This document shows, one piece after another, positions 63,329-64,000 of a stretch of DNA of 64,000 bases. The notes below the pieces were generated by a model. The model made no database searches and was not told the origin of the DNA. It saw only the letters and a program-made list of their open reading frames with translations. The position numbers were made by a program, and so were the translations under genes. Within the stretch, counting starts at the first letter, position 1. Each line of letters opens with the position of its first letter. Location: contig JAQGDQ010001054.1 in NCBI GenBank assembly GCA_030141605.1, forward strand, positions 1 to 64,000, given 5' to 3'. Origin of the DNA: Tubiluchus corallicola (taxonomy: Eukaryota > Animalia > Priapulida).

Positions 63329-63790
63329 GAGAAAGAAAAGAGAAAATTTTAAACTATATCCTAAATAAACTTTGGGCCAAAGTTATATCACTTTGTAATA
63401 CGTTTACGTGTTTGAAAGACTGCCACTAGAAAAGAAAATGTTTAGTAATATAAAATATTTGCACCAGCTGATGAAACGTCACCGAATCATCCTCCCAGAG
63501 TGCACCACTGGCCCACCAAAAAGATATTATTAACATTGTTGATAAAATAAAGTAATTTATATTTTTGCTTATTAGTAAAAGAATGTGCTACAAATGCTTT
63601 GCTTATTCTTTCAAACTTTACGAATGTTTCAAACTCATTGTTTAGAGTTTATTAACGGCTTATTAACGTTTTACGATTAAAATGAATAACATATTGGATT
63701 AAAATGATTAAAATAATCATCGTCAGCGTTTGAATTTTCAGTTGAAATTAAAAGTTGAAAATCTTTAAATAACTAAACTCTAACAGAGCG
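63329..63790 (-). mobile_element. Degraded family D-like element
   Basis: cagagtgcaccactggcccaccaaaaa and flanks are reverse-homologous to ~19150-19380. Confidence 0.45.
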
Positions 63791-64000
63791 CGCACATGTA
63801 AGTAACAAAAAACTGCGCAATTAAAAGTGCGCAATCATGCAACCGGGGTCCATACTTTTAACCGCGCAAATCAAAACTGCATTTCTGCGCAGGGCCTAAA
63901 CTCAGCAAGGTAGCGGATGAAAACAGGGTGTCAGAAAATTCTCAACGTTCTTCATGAAACAGACGCCGTTGTTCAGTTACCTGAAATTATATACAAGACG

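Noticed and set aside
63465-63500. Hammerhead ribozyme core (CTGATGA...GAAA)
   Set aside because: No stem II or properly spaced GAAA; lies in a decayed MITE. No convincing hammerhead was seen in any tandem repeat by eye

Overview
AT-rich, repeat-dense animal (invertebrate) genomic DNA. There are no prokaryotic operons and no CRISPR array. Four real protein-coding regions stand out, each uninterrupted by introns across its ORF: (1) a BTB-BACK protein with a divergent MATH-like C-terminus (32169-33437, -), with a truncated pseudogene copy just downstream; (2) a ~975-aa Gln/Arg/Phe-rich low-complexity protein with no Tyr, Trp or Cys (36461-39388, +; probably a terminal exon); (3) a rhodopsin-class GPCR of the FMRFamide/sex-peptide/Srw-like group with non-canonical motifs (51250-52728, +); (4) a secreted modular protease, signal peptide-3xIg-sushi-S1 protease, with a non-trypsin pocket (60055-62316, +). 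The rest is microsatellites, mini/satellites, TTAA-targeting (Kolobok-like), hAT and Harbinger-like MITEs, decayed LINE fragments (RTE, RTE-X, CR1-like) and two copies of a 5S rRNA-headed SINE. Most ORF-track entries are repeat artefacts. The best novelty candidates are the Ig-sushi modular protease, the 5S-derived SINE family and the Tyr-free, Lys-poor Q-rich protein. All family assignments come from motif recognition by eye, not database searches.
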